58,366 nt of DNA from Nitrososphaerota archaeon (GTDB taxonomy: Archaea > Thermoproteota > EX4484-205 > JAAOZP01), in contig JAAOZP010000007.1 of assembly GCA_011605725.1 (NCBI GenBank), positions 1 through 58,366 on the forward strand. Direction: 5' to 3'. Below the pieces are notes generated by a model. That model made no database searches. It worked only from the letters and a program-made list of their open reading frames with translations, and was not told where the DNA came from. This document shows, piece after piece, positions 27,813-37,744 of this stretch. Each line of letters opens with the position of its first letter. Position 1 is the first letter of the stretch. The translations under genes were made by a program, and so were the position numbers.

Positions 27813-28889
27813 CTAAAGGTTGAAAATTGAAGCGGACTCTTTAGAATCAAGCACTTCTATACTGATCCCCTTCCCCGCCTTCTTAAACCTCATCCAGTAA
27901 TTGTAGCCTCCTTGGAGCTCCAGCTCGTTCAACGTTTTCAACCGTGTTTCCAGAAAGCCTTCAGTAAGGTTTAAGCCGAAAAGCCTAATCCTCACGCCTC
28001 TTACAGCAACATGGTTTCCGGAGAACCTTACAGTAGCAGTTCTAGGCACGTACAGGCTTATTCTTATCGAGTTGAACTTGTTCTCCTGAATAAGGCTGAT
28101 GCTTGAAGAAACACTCCATAAGTCAACACAGTCCTTCTTAACCAGGTACAGCCTGTCCTCCTCGATTTTCCCCAGAGTGAACTCAACCATTTTCCCAGCG
28201 TCAATCAGGATGCTTCTCGCCCTACCGATGTAGCCGATTCTGGCTATTCCATGCTTCAAGAGTTCCCCCTCTTTCTCGTCGAAGGCCCTAGGAGTCCCGT
28301 AGGCATGTAGAAAACAATTTTTTTCAACGACATTTCCATTCATCTCGATCCTGCAACGCGTCGGCTCAGGCTGCAAATGATAGTAGAGCCTAGCCAGCTC
28401 CTCCACAGAATGGAAACTCGTATTGCTTTCTAACGATGCTCCGATAAACAGTATTTTCCCGCCGAGCTCAGGTATTTTCAAGTATGGAGTTCCTCTGCCG
28501 CAAGGAGTCTCAGCCTCCTCATGCCCCTCTATTATTTTCCTAGCCATTCTTCCAATGGCTGCAACAGAATGGGTCGGGTGCCTGCTCCTATAGGCTTCTT
28601 TTCTTTTTCTAAAGGATTCCGGAACCACTCCTGTCCAGCAAGGCTTGTTCTCGGAGAAACTCGGAGGATTGTCAGGGGAGTCGAATATTTGACCGGTTAT
28701 TGTTGGAACAACTATCGTACCGTCCTCTCCAACGCTTTCAAGCAGAGCATCTATAAGTGTTTCCGCCCCACCAGGCACGTATCCGATGCTGCTTAAAGAA
28801 CTGTGGACAAGAACCACGTCTCCACTCTCTATCCCTGTTTTTGTTAAGTCTCTAACGATTTCCTCCTTTGTATACTCAAACTTCTGCAT
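27813..28889 (-). CDS. AAC(3)/YokD family N-acetyltransferase with a C-terminal extension of about 100 aa
   Basis: VLVHSSLSSIG, RSRHPTHS, NTSFHSVEE. Confidence 0.85.
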   Translation of the reverse strand: MQKFEYTKEEIVRDLTKTGIESGDVVLVHSSLSSIGYVPGGAETLIDALLESVGEDGTIVVPTITGQIFDSPDNPPSFSENKPCWTGVVPESFRKRKEAYRSRHPTHSVAAIGRMARKIIEGHEEAETPCGRGTPYLKIPELGGKILFIGASLESNTSFHSVEELARLYYHLQPEPTRCRIEMNGNVVEKNCFLHAYGTPRAFDEKEGELLKHGIARIGYIGRARSILIDAGKMVEFTLGKIEEDRLYLVKKDCVDLWSVSSSISLIQENKFNSIRISLYVPRTATVRFSGNHVAVRGVRIRLFGLNLTEGFLETRLKTLNELELQGGYNYWMRFKKAGKGISIEVLDSKESASIFNL

Positions 28890-28959
28890 GACAGCTACAA
28901 ATAGGTAGTCAAATATTTAGGCTTTTAGAGTCAATTTTCATGCCGCTTTACTCGTCTCA

Positions 28960-30252
28960 CTAGGCCAGTTTTTTGGCTCTTTCAGCTAGTTCCGCATGCT
29001 TCCACATTATGTCCTTGGGCAGGGTTAACGCGGCGGAGGTTAAAAACACGGCGCATATGGACCATGTTACGGTTATTATCACCACCATTCCCCATTCTAG
29101 TCCAATAGAGTCTGCCAAGTAGCCTGTGATCAGTGGTGCGAAAGCAGAGCCGGCGTTTTCAACAAAAACCTGTATCGAGTGAGTCGTGCTCCTGACCTCC
29201 GGTAGAGTTATGTCTTGGAGGGAGGCTGATACTGCTGGGCCAGCCATGGGTATGAAGAACCCGGTTAAGGCTCCGAATATGAGGAATAGTTCTACTCCAC
29301 CCCTTGTCAGAAGCGTCAGGTCGAAGAATACTAGTCCAATAGCAACAGAGACTCCTGCGAAAATCGCTCTTCCCTTCAATGTCTTCCTGAATGCCCAGTC
29401 GCTCACCAGACCAGCAACCACATTGCCAATAACCATGGCTAAAATTGCAACCATCATGATGAGCAGCCGAGACTCCTCGTCGAAACCCCTAATTTTCTCC
29501 ATGTATAGGAAGAGCCAGTAGGTTATTATTTGCCATGGGAAAACTCCGAAGAAACCCTGTACGAAAAGGAAGGCCATCGACTTTCTTTTGAGCACTTTAA
29601 ACAAGGATTCTTTTTTAAACCTGTCTTTCAACCTGTCTCTCACAGCCACTAGCTCAGGTTCAGTGGATCCTCTAGGCTTATCTTTCAACGTGACCAGGAT
29701 TAGGACCGCTAGAAGTAAGCCGGGTACTCCGGTTATCATGAAGGCGCTGCGCCACCCAAGCGCGCTGCCCACGATAGTTCCAATAAGGGTGCCGATTAAG
29801 GCTCCGATCGCGCTTGAAGTGTTCAGCACGCCGAATGCAGTAGACCTTTTCTCCGGGGGGAAAGAGTCTCCCAGGAACGAGTATATCCCGCTGTAGGATT
29901 CGTTATCTATTCCCGTCAGGGCTCTCGTGAAAGCAAGCTCCAAATAGTTGGTTGAGAAGGTGGAGAGGATCGTTGTTCCACCCCAGATTGCGCTGGCTAG
30001 GGCTGCTAGTGGAGGCCTAGCGTACCTGTCGAAAAGGTAGCCCCAGACAGGCATGAATATAACTGCTACTATTGCAGCACCCGTCTGTATCGTGCCAAGC
30101 TGTGTATATGTAAGCCTGAACTCTTCCTGTATTGAGGTTAAGAGGGGCGAGATTAAGAATTTATCGGCGTTATGAAGCACCATGAAAAGGAAGAATACGA
30201 AGACAGCATACCAGGCTCCACGCGGTATTCTATACGGCTGGGTTGACACCAT
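28960..30252 (-). CDS. MFS transporter (spinster-like)
   Basis: About 12 TM segments; WGYLFDRYAR, GLVSDW motifs. Confidence 0.88.
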   Translation of the reverse strand: MVSTQPYRIPRGAWYAVFVFFLFMVLHNADKFLISPLLTSIQEEFRLTYTQLGTIQTGAAIVAVIFMPVWGYLFDRYARPPLAALASAIWGGTTILSTFSTNYLELAFTRALTGIDNESYSGIYSFLGDSFPPEKRSTAFGVLNTSSAIGALIGTLIGTIVGSALGWRSAFMITGVPGLLLAVLILVTLKDKPRGSTEPELVAVRDRLKDRFKKESLFKVLKRKSMAFLFVQGFFGVFPWQIITYWLFLYMEKIRGFDEESRLLIMMVAILAMVIGNVVAGLVSDWAFRKTLKGRAIFAGVSVAIGLVFFDLTLLTRGGVELFLIFGALTGFFIPMAGPAVSASLQDITLPEVRSTTHSIQVFVENAGSAFAPLITGYLADSIGLEWGMVVIITVTWSICAVFLTSAALTLPKDIMWKHAELAERAKKLA

Positions 30253-30256
30253 TTTA

Positions 30257-31141
30257 TCACCACCCTTCCTTCAAGTCCTTCCAGCCTACAAGCGTGAAGC
30301 CAAGTGTTTCAACGATTTCCCTGGCTTCTCTAGAGGTAACCAGTTGGTAGTCCAGATACCTGTCTATATGGCTTGTGACGCCTTGGCTCGGTATTATCGC
30401 CTTCATCTCCTCATCAGGCAGGCCTAGGTGAACAATTATCTGAGTTAAGGTTCCCGGCTTAACGTCCTTCAACACGTTTTTAAACCATTTTATTCTTTCC
30501 TGAAGGTCTGAGCCGAAGGTCATTCCGATGAAATTATCCAGCATGGGCGTCCCGGATTTCAGAATTCTGCTCACAAGGTCTTCAGATATCATTATGCCCA
30601 TCTGCTTAGCCGCTTCAAACGCGCTGTCCGTAGGCTTAATCAACATTGGTATGAGCCTGTTGTCCAGAGCAACTTTAACATATGTTTCCAAGAGATCCGG
30701 CCTGAAGAAGACTGTACCCATATGAGTATCAAGATGGGAAGGCCGCATGCCAAGGCTGAAAGCCTTTTTGACCTGGGCCCTCAGTTCAGCCTCAACCTCT
30801 TCTCTAGAGGCTTTCGCCGCATCCTTAGCCTCCTTATGCAGGTATCCCTGCTCATCCAGGAGGCTTGGAACTTCGCTTTTTGAACTCACCGGGCCCCATC
30901 TGTAGAGTCTCCACTCGCTAGTCAGCGTTGAATGCACACCGTGATCATAACCCGGATTCTCCTTGAAGAACTCTGCTGCCTCAAGTATCCATGGGCATGG
31001 CATCATAAGGCTGCAGCTTGAAACCACGCCGTTTTGAAAACCTAGGAAAGTTGCCTTATTCTCCGTGTGACACATGCCAACATCATCAGCGTGAATAATA
31101 AGCAGCTTATCATTCCTGTCGAAGCCGCTTGTCAACGGCAT
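30257..31141 (-). CDS. YdjC/ChbG family carbohydrate deacetylase
   Basis: IIHADDVG, GVHSTL, SHLDTHMG. Confidence 0.88.
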   Translation of the reverse strand: MPLTSGFDRNDKLLIIHADDVGMCHTENKATFLGFQNGVVSSCSLMMPCPWILEAAEFFKENPGYDHGVHSTLTSEWRLYRWGPVSSKSEVPSLLDEQGYLHKEAKDAAKASREEVEAELRAQVKKAFSLGMRPSHLDTHMGTVFFRPDLLETYVKVALDNRLIPMLIKPTDSAFEAAKQMGIMISEDLVSRILKSGTPMLDNFIGMTFGSDLQERIKWFKNVLKDVKPGTLTQIIVHLGLPDEEMKAIIPSQGVTSHIDRYLDYQLVTSREAREIVETLGFTLVGWKDLKEGW

Positions 31142-31480
31142 ACTTTTAAATTAGGGATGCTAAAATATAAATTTTTAAAACACAAGGTAGTTTCTCACAA
31201 GTATAACGTAAATTCAAGCCTCAATACTCTCCGTTTCAGATGGTTGAATAATCCGTACGCGTTATCGGTTCGCCGCGCATCCCCTGGGCACAGTTCCATT
31301 TCAACCAAGCGTTTAGCCTAAGATGCTAAAATATTTGGTTTTATAAGACGGGTAGGATTATGCTTCGATACGTTAGTAGCGTGCTATTACCGTTAGCCAG
31401 GGATATGACGGTGGTTGAAGATACGAGGTTTTTATACGCGTCGAGCGCGCTTAAGCATCGCGTCCTTCAGCAGTTATTCC

Positions 31481-31984
31481 TCATCTTCTCGCTTCTCTAA
31501 CCATGTGGCCAATTTCCGGGAGTATCAGCCTCCTTATCGCCAGCTCAACCGCGTTTCTCGAGCCTGGCAGACATATCAGTATCTTTCCCTTTGCAACGCC
31601 TGCGAAAGCTCTCGTAAGCATTGCTGCCGTACCTATTTCACTGTAGCTGAGGAACCTGAAAAGCTCTCCGAACCCTTCAACCCTCTTCTCAACCGTTTTA
31701 GAGACTGTTTCAACAGTAACGTCCCTCGTGCTCAACCCGGTTCCTCCAATAGTCAGTATGACATCTATTTCCCCGCTGTTAAGCAACCCTTCAATAATCC
31801 TCCTTATCTCATCCTCATCGTTCCGGATTATCAGCCTCCTGCAAACCTCGTGCCCACTATTCTTCAAAATATCTTCAGCAATCGCGCCGGATTCATCTGT
31901 TTCAAAAGTCCTAGAGTCGCTCACCGTAACCACTGCGAACACGAGGCTTCTGGGGGAAGCCTTCCTATGCTCTAAATAGTCCAA
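31481..31984 (-). CDS. moaB: Molybdopterin adenylyltransferase MoaB/Mog
   Basis: TVSDSR, DESG, GGTG..RDVT, GFGELFR, LPGS. Confidence 0.92.
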   Translation of the reverse strand: MDYLEHRKASPRSLVFAVVTVSDSRTFETDESGAIAEDILKNSGHEVCRRLIIRNDEDEIRRIIEGLLNSGEIDVILTIGGTGLSTRDVTVETVSKTVEKRVEGFGELFRFLSYSEIGTAAMLTRAFAGVAKGKILICLPGSRNAVELAIRRLILPEIGHMVREARR

Positions 31985-32433
31985 CCCTTAACCTTCTCCT
32001 CGACAACTATGCTCTCTATCGCTGTAAACGGGTACTGCCCCTTCTCATCCTTCTCAATCTCCTTAACCATGTCCCAGATGGTTAGCAAGGCTGCAGCAAC
32101 CCCGGTTAAAGCCTCCATCTCTACACCCGTCTTAGACTCTGAGGCGACGCTGCAGACCACCGAGACCCGGTCGTCCTCCGTTTGAAACTCGACAGCAATA
32201 TGGGTTAGTGGAATCGGGTGGCAGCCAGGTATCAGCTCAGGAGTCTTCTTAACCGCGAGGATTGCTGAAACCCTTGCGACTGTTAAAACATCGCCTTTCG
32301 CAACCCTACCGTTTTTTATCGCTTCCACGGTTTCACGCCTAAGCCTTATCCAGCCCTTCGCCACAGCCCTCCTACGGGAAACCTCCTTCCCGCTTATGTC
32401 AACCATCTCCAGCCCCTTGTCTTTCCAGTTCAA
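31972..32433 (-). CDS. moaC: Cyclic pyranopterin monophosphate synthase
   Basis: MVDISGK, KGDVL, IPGCHP, TGVEMEALT. Confidence 0.95.
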   Translation of the reverse strand: MNWKDKGLEMVDISGKEVSRRRAVAKGWIRLRRETVEAIKNGRVAKGDVLTVARVSAILAVKKTPELIPGCHPIPLTHIAVEFQTEDDRVSVVCSVASESKTGVEMEALTGVAAALLTIWDMVKEIEKDEKGQYPFTAIESIVVEEKVKGWTI

Positions 32434-32846
32434 GGCTTAACCGTCTCCCTAACCCATCTCCACCCTCTTGCAGTATTCTCCTTCTTCCAGATGGGTGCGC
32501 GCGCCTTAACCTTGTTTATCATCCAGCTGCAGGCTTCGAAAGCCTCCGCCCTGTTTCTCGCTGAAGCCGCTACTAGAACTATGTTTTCAGCCGGCTTAAG
32601 TCTTCCAACCCTATGGATTATGGCTGCATCAATTATTCCGAACCTCTCCAGAGCCTCGCTCCTTATTTTTTCAAGCTCAGCCTCAGCAGCCTCCCTGTAT
32701 GCTTCGACAATCATTTCACTAACATCCTCGCCCTCTCTAAACCCTTTTACAACACCTAGGAAAAACACTACCGCGCCGACTTCCTTTCCCTTGAGGATTG
32801 AAGCAACCTCGTCTATCGAGAAATCCTTCTCAGTAACACGGATCAT
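32430..32846 (-). CDS. moaE: Molybdopterin synthase catalytic subunit
   Basis: GAVVFFLGVV, HRVG.L, APIWKKE. Confidence 0.93.
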   Translation of the reverse strand: MIRVTEKDFSIDEVASILKGKEVGAVVFFLGVVKGFREGEDVSEMIVEAYREAAEAELEKIRSEALERFGIIDAAIIHRVGRLKPAENIVLVAASARNRAEAFEACSWMINKVKARAPIWKKENTARGWRWVRETVKP

Positions 32847-32847
32847 T

Positions 32848-33087
32848 CTAACCTCCTCCTGCAGGAGGGAACACGGCCACTAGATCCCCGTCTTTTAAAC
32901 AAGTGTTTAAGTCTACTGTTCTCCCGTTCACCGCGATAAGGAAGTTCTCCCCAGCCAGCTCAGCATGCTTCTCCCTGAGTTTCTCAACGATTTCTCTAAC
33001 GGTTGCCCCGTCATCAGCCTCCAGCATCTCCCTCTCACCGATCTTCTCCCTGATCCAGGCATAATATTTTACTTCAATCCTCATCAT
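32848..33087 (-). CDS. moaD: MoaD/ThiS/SAMP ubiquitin-like sulfur carrier
   Basis: AVNG, DGD.VAVFPPAGGG with C-terminal GG. Confidence 0.9.
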   Translation of the reverse strand: MMRIEVKYYAWIREKIGEREMLEADDGATVREIVEKLREKHAELAGENFLIAVNGRTVDLNTCLKDGDLVAVFPPAGGG

Positions 33088-33162
33088 TATTCCTCGACCA
33101 GCGAATAGGTTTATTCAAGCCGGCTATAAAAGGTTTCCAGTGGAAAAACGTTTAAAACCGTC

Positions 33163-35622
33163 CTAGTAGTGCGATACTGTTATTCTCTTCATGAGCTCGG
33201 TTTTTGAAAGCGGCTTCTCCAGCGTTACGAGGATCCTTTTTTCAAAGCCGGGGGGAAGGTCGAAGAAGTTGTCGCTAAACTCTGCTTTCACCCCTCTAAT
33301 CCTTATTTCACAGGCTTTTGCAACATTGTTCGAAACTAGGCTGAGCTCAAAGGTTGCACCATCCTTTTTACTAAGCTTAACTCTAATTCTAGGCTTGGGA
33401 AGCTTAATGTATTTCACTTTTTCAAAGAATACGACATCATACCTGGGCTCACCATCTTCAGGCTCGAAAACACACGCTAGAAAACTGCTGAACCTGTCTT
33501 TCACGCTTAGCTCGCTTAGGCTTAGCTCCATGCAGGGTTTTGAAGAATTCGCCTCCACAACGATCTCCTTCTTCATCATCCTCCTCCTGTTCCCCTTCAC
33601 GTCGAAAGACATGAGCCTAAGCCTGCCCTTCACTGGTTTAAGAAGATCGTTGCAAACCCAGGCCTCCACCCTATCCTGTTTAACAAGAAGGCTAACGTTA
33701 ACCGGGTCGAACGCTCTCTTCACATAATAGTATGAAGCCTTAAGGTTACCGTAGTAGTCGATCAGGCTCCAGCTGAGAACCGGCCAACAATCGTTAAGCT
33801 GCCATACCAGGGTTCCTCCAGTCTTAAACTTCCTCCTCCTCCAATGCTCTATTCCTGTTTTCATGGCTTCCCCCTGGTTTATTTGAGTCAGGTAGACAAA
33901 CCTGCCCAGGTTTACAGCCAGCTTGAAATGCGCTAGAATGAAAAACCAGAGTCTCTCCTGCCCCATAGTCTGCTTGTTATGGAATTCGATGACTCTGCTC
34001 TGCGGATTCCTGTCTTCGGGAAGAGTAAACCTTCTAATTGTTTCCGTTGAGGGTGCTGACTGGAAGCCGAATTCACTTATGAACCTGCCCTTATCGTTAA
34101 GATACTCCGTGTAGTCTTTAAGCATAGACCAAACCTCCCAGTTATGCCTGTCGCCTTCGCTTTGAGAATTAGGATCATCTCCCCCATATGGGCTACTCGG
34201 CCAGTAGAAGGTTGCAGGATCAAGTTTAGAACAAGCCTCGGGAAGTATCTTATGATATATCGTCTCACCGTAGAATCTATCCTTCACGCCGAACCAGTGC
34301 GCCTTAAACCCCCAGTGATTCTCATTATTTCCACACCATATCGCTAGGCAAGCATGATTCCTGAGCCTCTTTACCACTTTCTCAGCCTCCTTTCTAACCA
34401 GTTCGAAGAACCATTCCTCCTCAGGGTATTCTGCGCATGCGAACATGAAGTCCTGCCAGACAAGTATCCCTTTCTCGTCGCAAAGCTCGTAGAAGGCTTC
34501 ATCCTCATAGACCCCGCCGCCCCAAACCCTTATCATGTTCATATGTGCCTGCTTCGCCTTGCTTAGGAGAAAATCGTAAACCTGCCTGCTCACCCTAGGG
34601 AGGAAGGAGTCTGCAGGAACCCAGTTGACTCCTTTGCAGAAAACTGGGACATTGTTTACTCTGAAGAAGAACGTTTTACCCTCTTCATCCTTCTCCTGAA
34701 CTACTTCAATCCTCCTTATGCCGACTTTCTTTCCAACCGTGTCTAGAACACCGTTCGAGCCCTCGACAACTATCTCTAAATCGTAAAGGTTCTGCTCCCC
34801 ATAGCCGTTGGGCCACCATAGCTTCGGGTTCTGAATATTAAACTCGCTTTTGAAAACGTTTAATCCTGGCGAAACATTCACGTGTTCCTCTTTAACCTGG
34901 TTTTCTCCGAAACCGCTTACCCGTGTCCTCAGCTTCACACACTCTGTTTGAAAGGCTTCTATGGAGACGCTTATACATATTCTTGCGCTCTTAAGGCCAT
35001 TGCTAAGCTCGCTGGAAAAATAGAAGCTTTCAATCTTACACACATCGTAAGCTTTAAGCTCCACGCTTCTCCATATCCCTGAGGTTCCCAGCCTCGGGCC
35101 CCAATCCCAGCCGAAAGAGTATTGAGCTTTCCTGCCGTAGGCAACCGGGGGATAAAATGCTCCCCACAGCTTAACACTGCTCTTGTTATACGTTTCCTCA
35201 AGAATCCTTTTAGGCGAGTCAAGCCTCACTACTAGTATGTTTTCCCCTTCCTTTAAAAAGTCTTTAACGTTGAACTCGTGCTCGTGAAACATGTTGGCCG
35301 TCTTACCGACCTCTTTTCCATTAAGCCAGATTGTTGCAAAAGTATCTAAGCCGTGAAACTTGAGTTCCACGCGACCATGGTTGAGAAAACCTTTGTCTAA
35401 GTGAAACTTTTTCATGTACCACCAATCCTTCTCCTCAACCCAAGCAACCTCGAGCTCGTTCATTCTGAAGAAAGGGTCTGGAATCTTTCTGTTCCTTAAA
35501 AGGTCAAGATGGACAGTACCTGGCACCGTTGCCTTCAACCATGGGCCTGAGCTCGGCGGCGTCTCCTCATCCTTCCCGCATTCTTTAAAAAACCATTCCC
35601 CGTTAAGGCTTATAGTTTCCAT
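33163..35622 (-). CDS. GH2 beta-mannosidase
   Basis: RKAQYSFGWDWGP, WWPNGYG, KGVNWVP, RVWGGG, WCGNNE, ISEFG; likely start at the ATG 35622. Confidence 0.9.
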   Translation of the reverse strand: METISLNGEWFFKECGKDEETPPSSGPWLKATVPGTVHLDLLRNRKIPDPFFRMNELEVAWVEEKDWWYMKKFHLDKGFLNHGRVELKFHGLDTFATIWLNGKEVGKTANMFHEHEFNVKDFLKEGENILVVRLDSPKRILEETYNKSSVKLWGAFYPPVAYGRKAQYSFGWDWGPRLGTSGIWRSVELKAYDVCKIESFYFSSELSNGLKSARICISVSIEAFQTECVKLRTRVSGFGENQVKEEHVNVSPGLNVFKSEFNIQNPKLWWPNGYGEQNLYDLEIVVEGSNGVLDTVGKKVGIRRIEVVQEKDEEGKTFFFRVNNVPVFCKGVNWVPADSFLPRVSRQVYDFLLSKAKQAHMNMIRVWGGGVYEDEAFYELCDEKGILVWQDFMFACAEYPEEEWFFELVRKEAEKVVKRLRNHACLAIWCGNNENHWGFKAHWFGVKDRFYGETIYHKILPEACSKLDPATFYWPSSPYGGDDPNSQSEGDRHNWEVWSMLKDYTEYLNDKGRFISEFGFQSAPSTETIRRFTLPEDRNPQSRVIEFHNKQTMGQERLWFFILAHFKLAVNLGRFVYLTQINQGEAMKTGIEHWRRRKFKTGGTLVWQLNDCWPVLSWSLIDYYGNLKASYYYVKRAFDPVNVSLLVKQDRVEAWVCNDLLKPVKGRLRLMSFDVKGNRRRMMKKEIVVEANSSKPCMELSLSELSVKDRFSSFLACVFEPEDGEPRYDVVFFEKVKYIKLPKPRIRVKLSKKDGATFELSLVSNNVAKACEIRIRGVKAEFSDNFFDLPPGFEKRILVTLEKPLSKTELMKRITVSHY

Positions 35623-35799
35623 CGCATGTTTCCAACATTTCGGCAAATATAAAACTTTATGTCTTCGGTTTAAGGCTTCAAATAAATATGGTTTGCGAGC
35701 CTTTTATCTGATTTTACTGTTTAATTGAACTGAGGATCCGGATGGAAAACGCATATATACTGTGAGCCTGGAAGGGAGGAAGGCTAACGGGAATGGAAA

Positions 35800-37344
35800 T
35801 TGCTTGGAAAAGCCTTTTCAGAAAGAGAGGGCGGCGGGAAGAAAATAGTGTTAACCGCGTCTGCAGTGGAAATGAGCGATTTTAACAAAAATCCGTTCAT
35901 AGCTTTTTCAGCAGGGTTTCCGATACCGTTTTCCAAAAGGGTTCTCAGGGAAAGGCTTTATCCTCCACCGCCTTTAAACGATGATGGAACCGTTAAACAG
36001 GCTCCATACGGTTTGAGAAAAATAGAGTCTCTACTCATAGATGAATTTGGCGAGGAGAATGTTGCAACCGTTTACCCAAGCATGCTTGAAGCGTTCGTCG
36101 GAAGGAAGACGAAAGTCATAGGGATCTCCACTATGGACCCGTTGGGAATAGGCTTTGTAAGCAGGACGTACACGGGAATTATCGGTATGAACGGTAAGCC
36201 CGTCACTAGAATAGAGTTTGAAAACCTCCTCTCCAACCCTGTTTTCAAGAAGTATAGGCCTAGAGTAGTGTTGGGCGGGAGTGGTGCTTGGCAAGTTGTT
36301 AAGGCAGGGATTCAGCAGGAGCTCGGTATAGATAGTGTGGTGATGGGAGAGGCTGAAGAGGATGTTGTAAAACTCTTCAGAAAAGCTTTAAACGGTGAGG
36401 AGCTTCCGAAGCAGCTGGTTTGCAGCAAGCCTAGGCTTGAAAACGTTCCATGCATTAAGAAAGCATCGTTATTCGGTGTTGTTGAGGTTACACGTGGATG
36501 CGGAAGAGGCTGTCAATTCTGCTCTCCAACACTTAGACAGAGATACTCTTTCCCGTTGCAACACATACTGAAAGAGGTTGACTTGAACGCTAGAAGCGGA
36601 ACCGGAATGATAACTCTTCAGACGGACGATATGTTTCTGTATAATGTGAATTCTGATTTCACGCCTAACGGGGAGGCAGTGTTCAAGCTAATCGATTCAG
36701 TGGCTAAAGTTGAAGGAGTCCAGTATGTTCAGGTGGCGCATGCTGCTCTTACACCAGTAGTTTATGATCGTAAGCTTGTCGAAAAAGTAGCACCCATACT
36801 CGTCGAGAAATCAAGGTGGACCTATTTAAACAATCAGAAGTACGCGACTTTCGAAATAGGTATTGAAACTGGAAGCGTCAGGCTGATAGAGAAATACATG
36901 AGGGGGAAAGCGTTGCCGTATACGCCTGAACAGTGGCCCGATATTGTGGTTCAAGCACTCGAAATGCTTAACGACAGCCAGATATATCCTTTAGCAACAC
37001 TCGTAACCGGTCTTCCAACGGAAAACGAGAAAGACGTTATTGAAACCCTCGAGCTGCTCGACAGGTTGAAGAATAATAAGGTGTTCTTCGTGCCGCTGCT
37101 CTTCACGTCTGAAGAGGATTGCATCTTAAACAGGGAGAGACATGCAGATCTGCATGGTTTATCAGATCTTCAATGGGATGTTTTCTCAACATGCTGGAGA
37201 CATAATGTTAAAACATGGAGGGGAAACGGTTTTCAACACTTGATCAGAATCGGAGGATTATTCTCCTACCTTGTTTACTACAGGTGGCTACACGGGCCTA
37301 AGGTTTTAAAACATATTCTAAAGGTTTCAGGCTGGGGGGAGTAA
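35800..37344 (+). CDS. B12-binding-like/radical SAM protein (archaeal family)
   Basis: APYGLRKIE, EVTRGCGRGCQFC (CxxxCxxC), GIETGS. Confidence 0.85.
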   Translation: MLGKAFSEREGGGKKIVLTASAVEMSDFNKNPFIAFSAGFPIPFSKRVLRERLYPPPPLNDDGTVKQAPYGLRKIESLLIDEFGEENVATVYPSMLEAFVGRKTKVIGISTMDPLGIGFVSRTYTGIIGMNGKPVTRIEFENLLSNPVFKKYRPRVVLGGSGAWQVVKAGIQQELGIDSVVMGEAEEDVVKLFRKALNGEELPKQLVCSKPRLENVPCIKKASLFGVVEVTRGCGRGCQFCSPTLRQRYSFPLQHILKEVDLNARSGTGMITLQTDDMFLYNVNSDFTPNGEAVFKLIDSVAKVEGVQYVQVAHAALTPVVYDRKLVEKVAPILVEKSRWTYLNNQKYATFEIGIETGSVRLIEKYMRGKALPYTPEQWPDIVVQALEMLNDSQIYPLATLVTGLPTENEKDVIETLELLDRLKNNKVFFVPLLFTSEEDCILNRERHADLHGLSDLQWDVFSTCWRHNVKTWRGNGFQHLIRIGGLFSYLVYYRWLHGPKVLKHILKVSGWGE

Positions 37345-37354
37345 CTACTAGTTT

Positions 37355-37639
37355 TTAAGGGTCTGCACCCATGTCTCTAAGCGCCTTGTCAACTATTCTT
37401 GCTATCTCAACCAGCCCAATCAGTATGCAGGGCACTCCTTTAAGCCTCGCCAAATCGGCTGTCACCTGGTCCTGAGTGATGATTACAAGGCTGTTTCTAG
37501 CAGCATGTTCAACTATCACCTCGTCCTCCGCCCCTTTTAAACCGAGGTCGTCAACAGACTGAGCGTCCCATCCAAGTATTTTCATATATGGCTTTAAACC
37601 GGAGTACATCTCATCCAGCAGTATCTTAACGTTTTTCAC
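37355..37639 (-). CDS. DUF5615/Mut7-C PIN-like protein
   Basis: KILLDEM, G.EDEVI, IITQD. Confidence 0.75.
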   Translation of the reverse strand: MKNVKILLDEMYSGLKPYMKILGWDAQSVDDLGLKGAEDEVIVEHAARNSLVIITQDQVTADLARLKGVPCILIGLVEIARIVDKALRDMGADP

Positions 37640-37744
37640 GAGCAGTGTTTCTCTTCAGCTTTTTCTTTAATCTTTCTAATAGGCCTGAACAATCTTAAAC
37701 GGCAAAAGTCTTATAAAAGAGAGGCTATTTTCATTATTCGGCGA

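Noticed and set aside
27813-28889. AAC(3) as an acquired aminoglycoside resistance gene
   Set aside because: The family is broad (YokD/FrbF), the context is amino-sugar metabolism, and there is no mobile element nearby.
32497-32504. GCGCGCGC inside moaE as a deletion scar
   Set aside because: It encodes A-R-A within the conserved K..APIWKKE motif at normal spacing and the gene is intact, so it is probably incidental.
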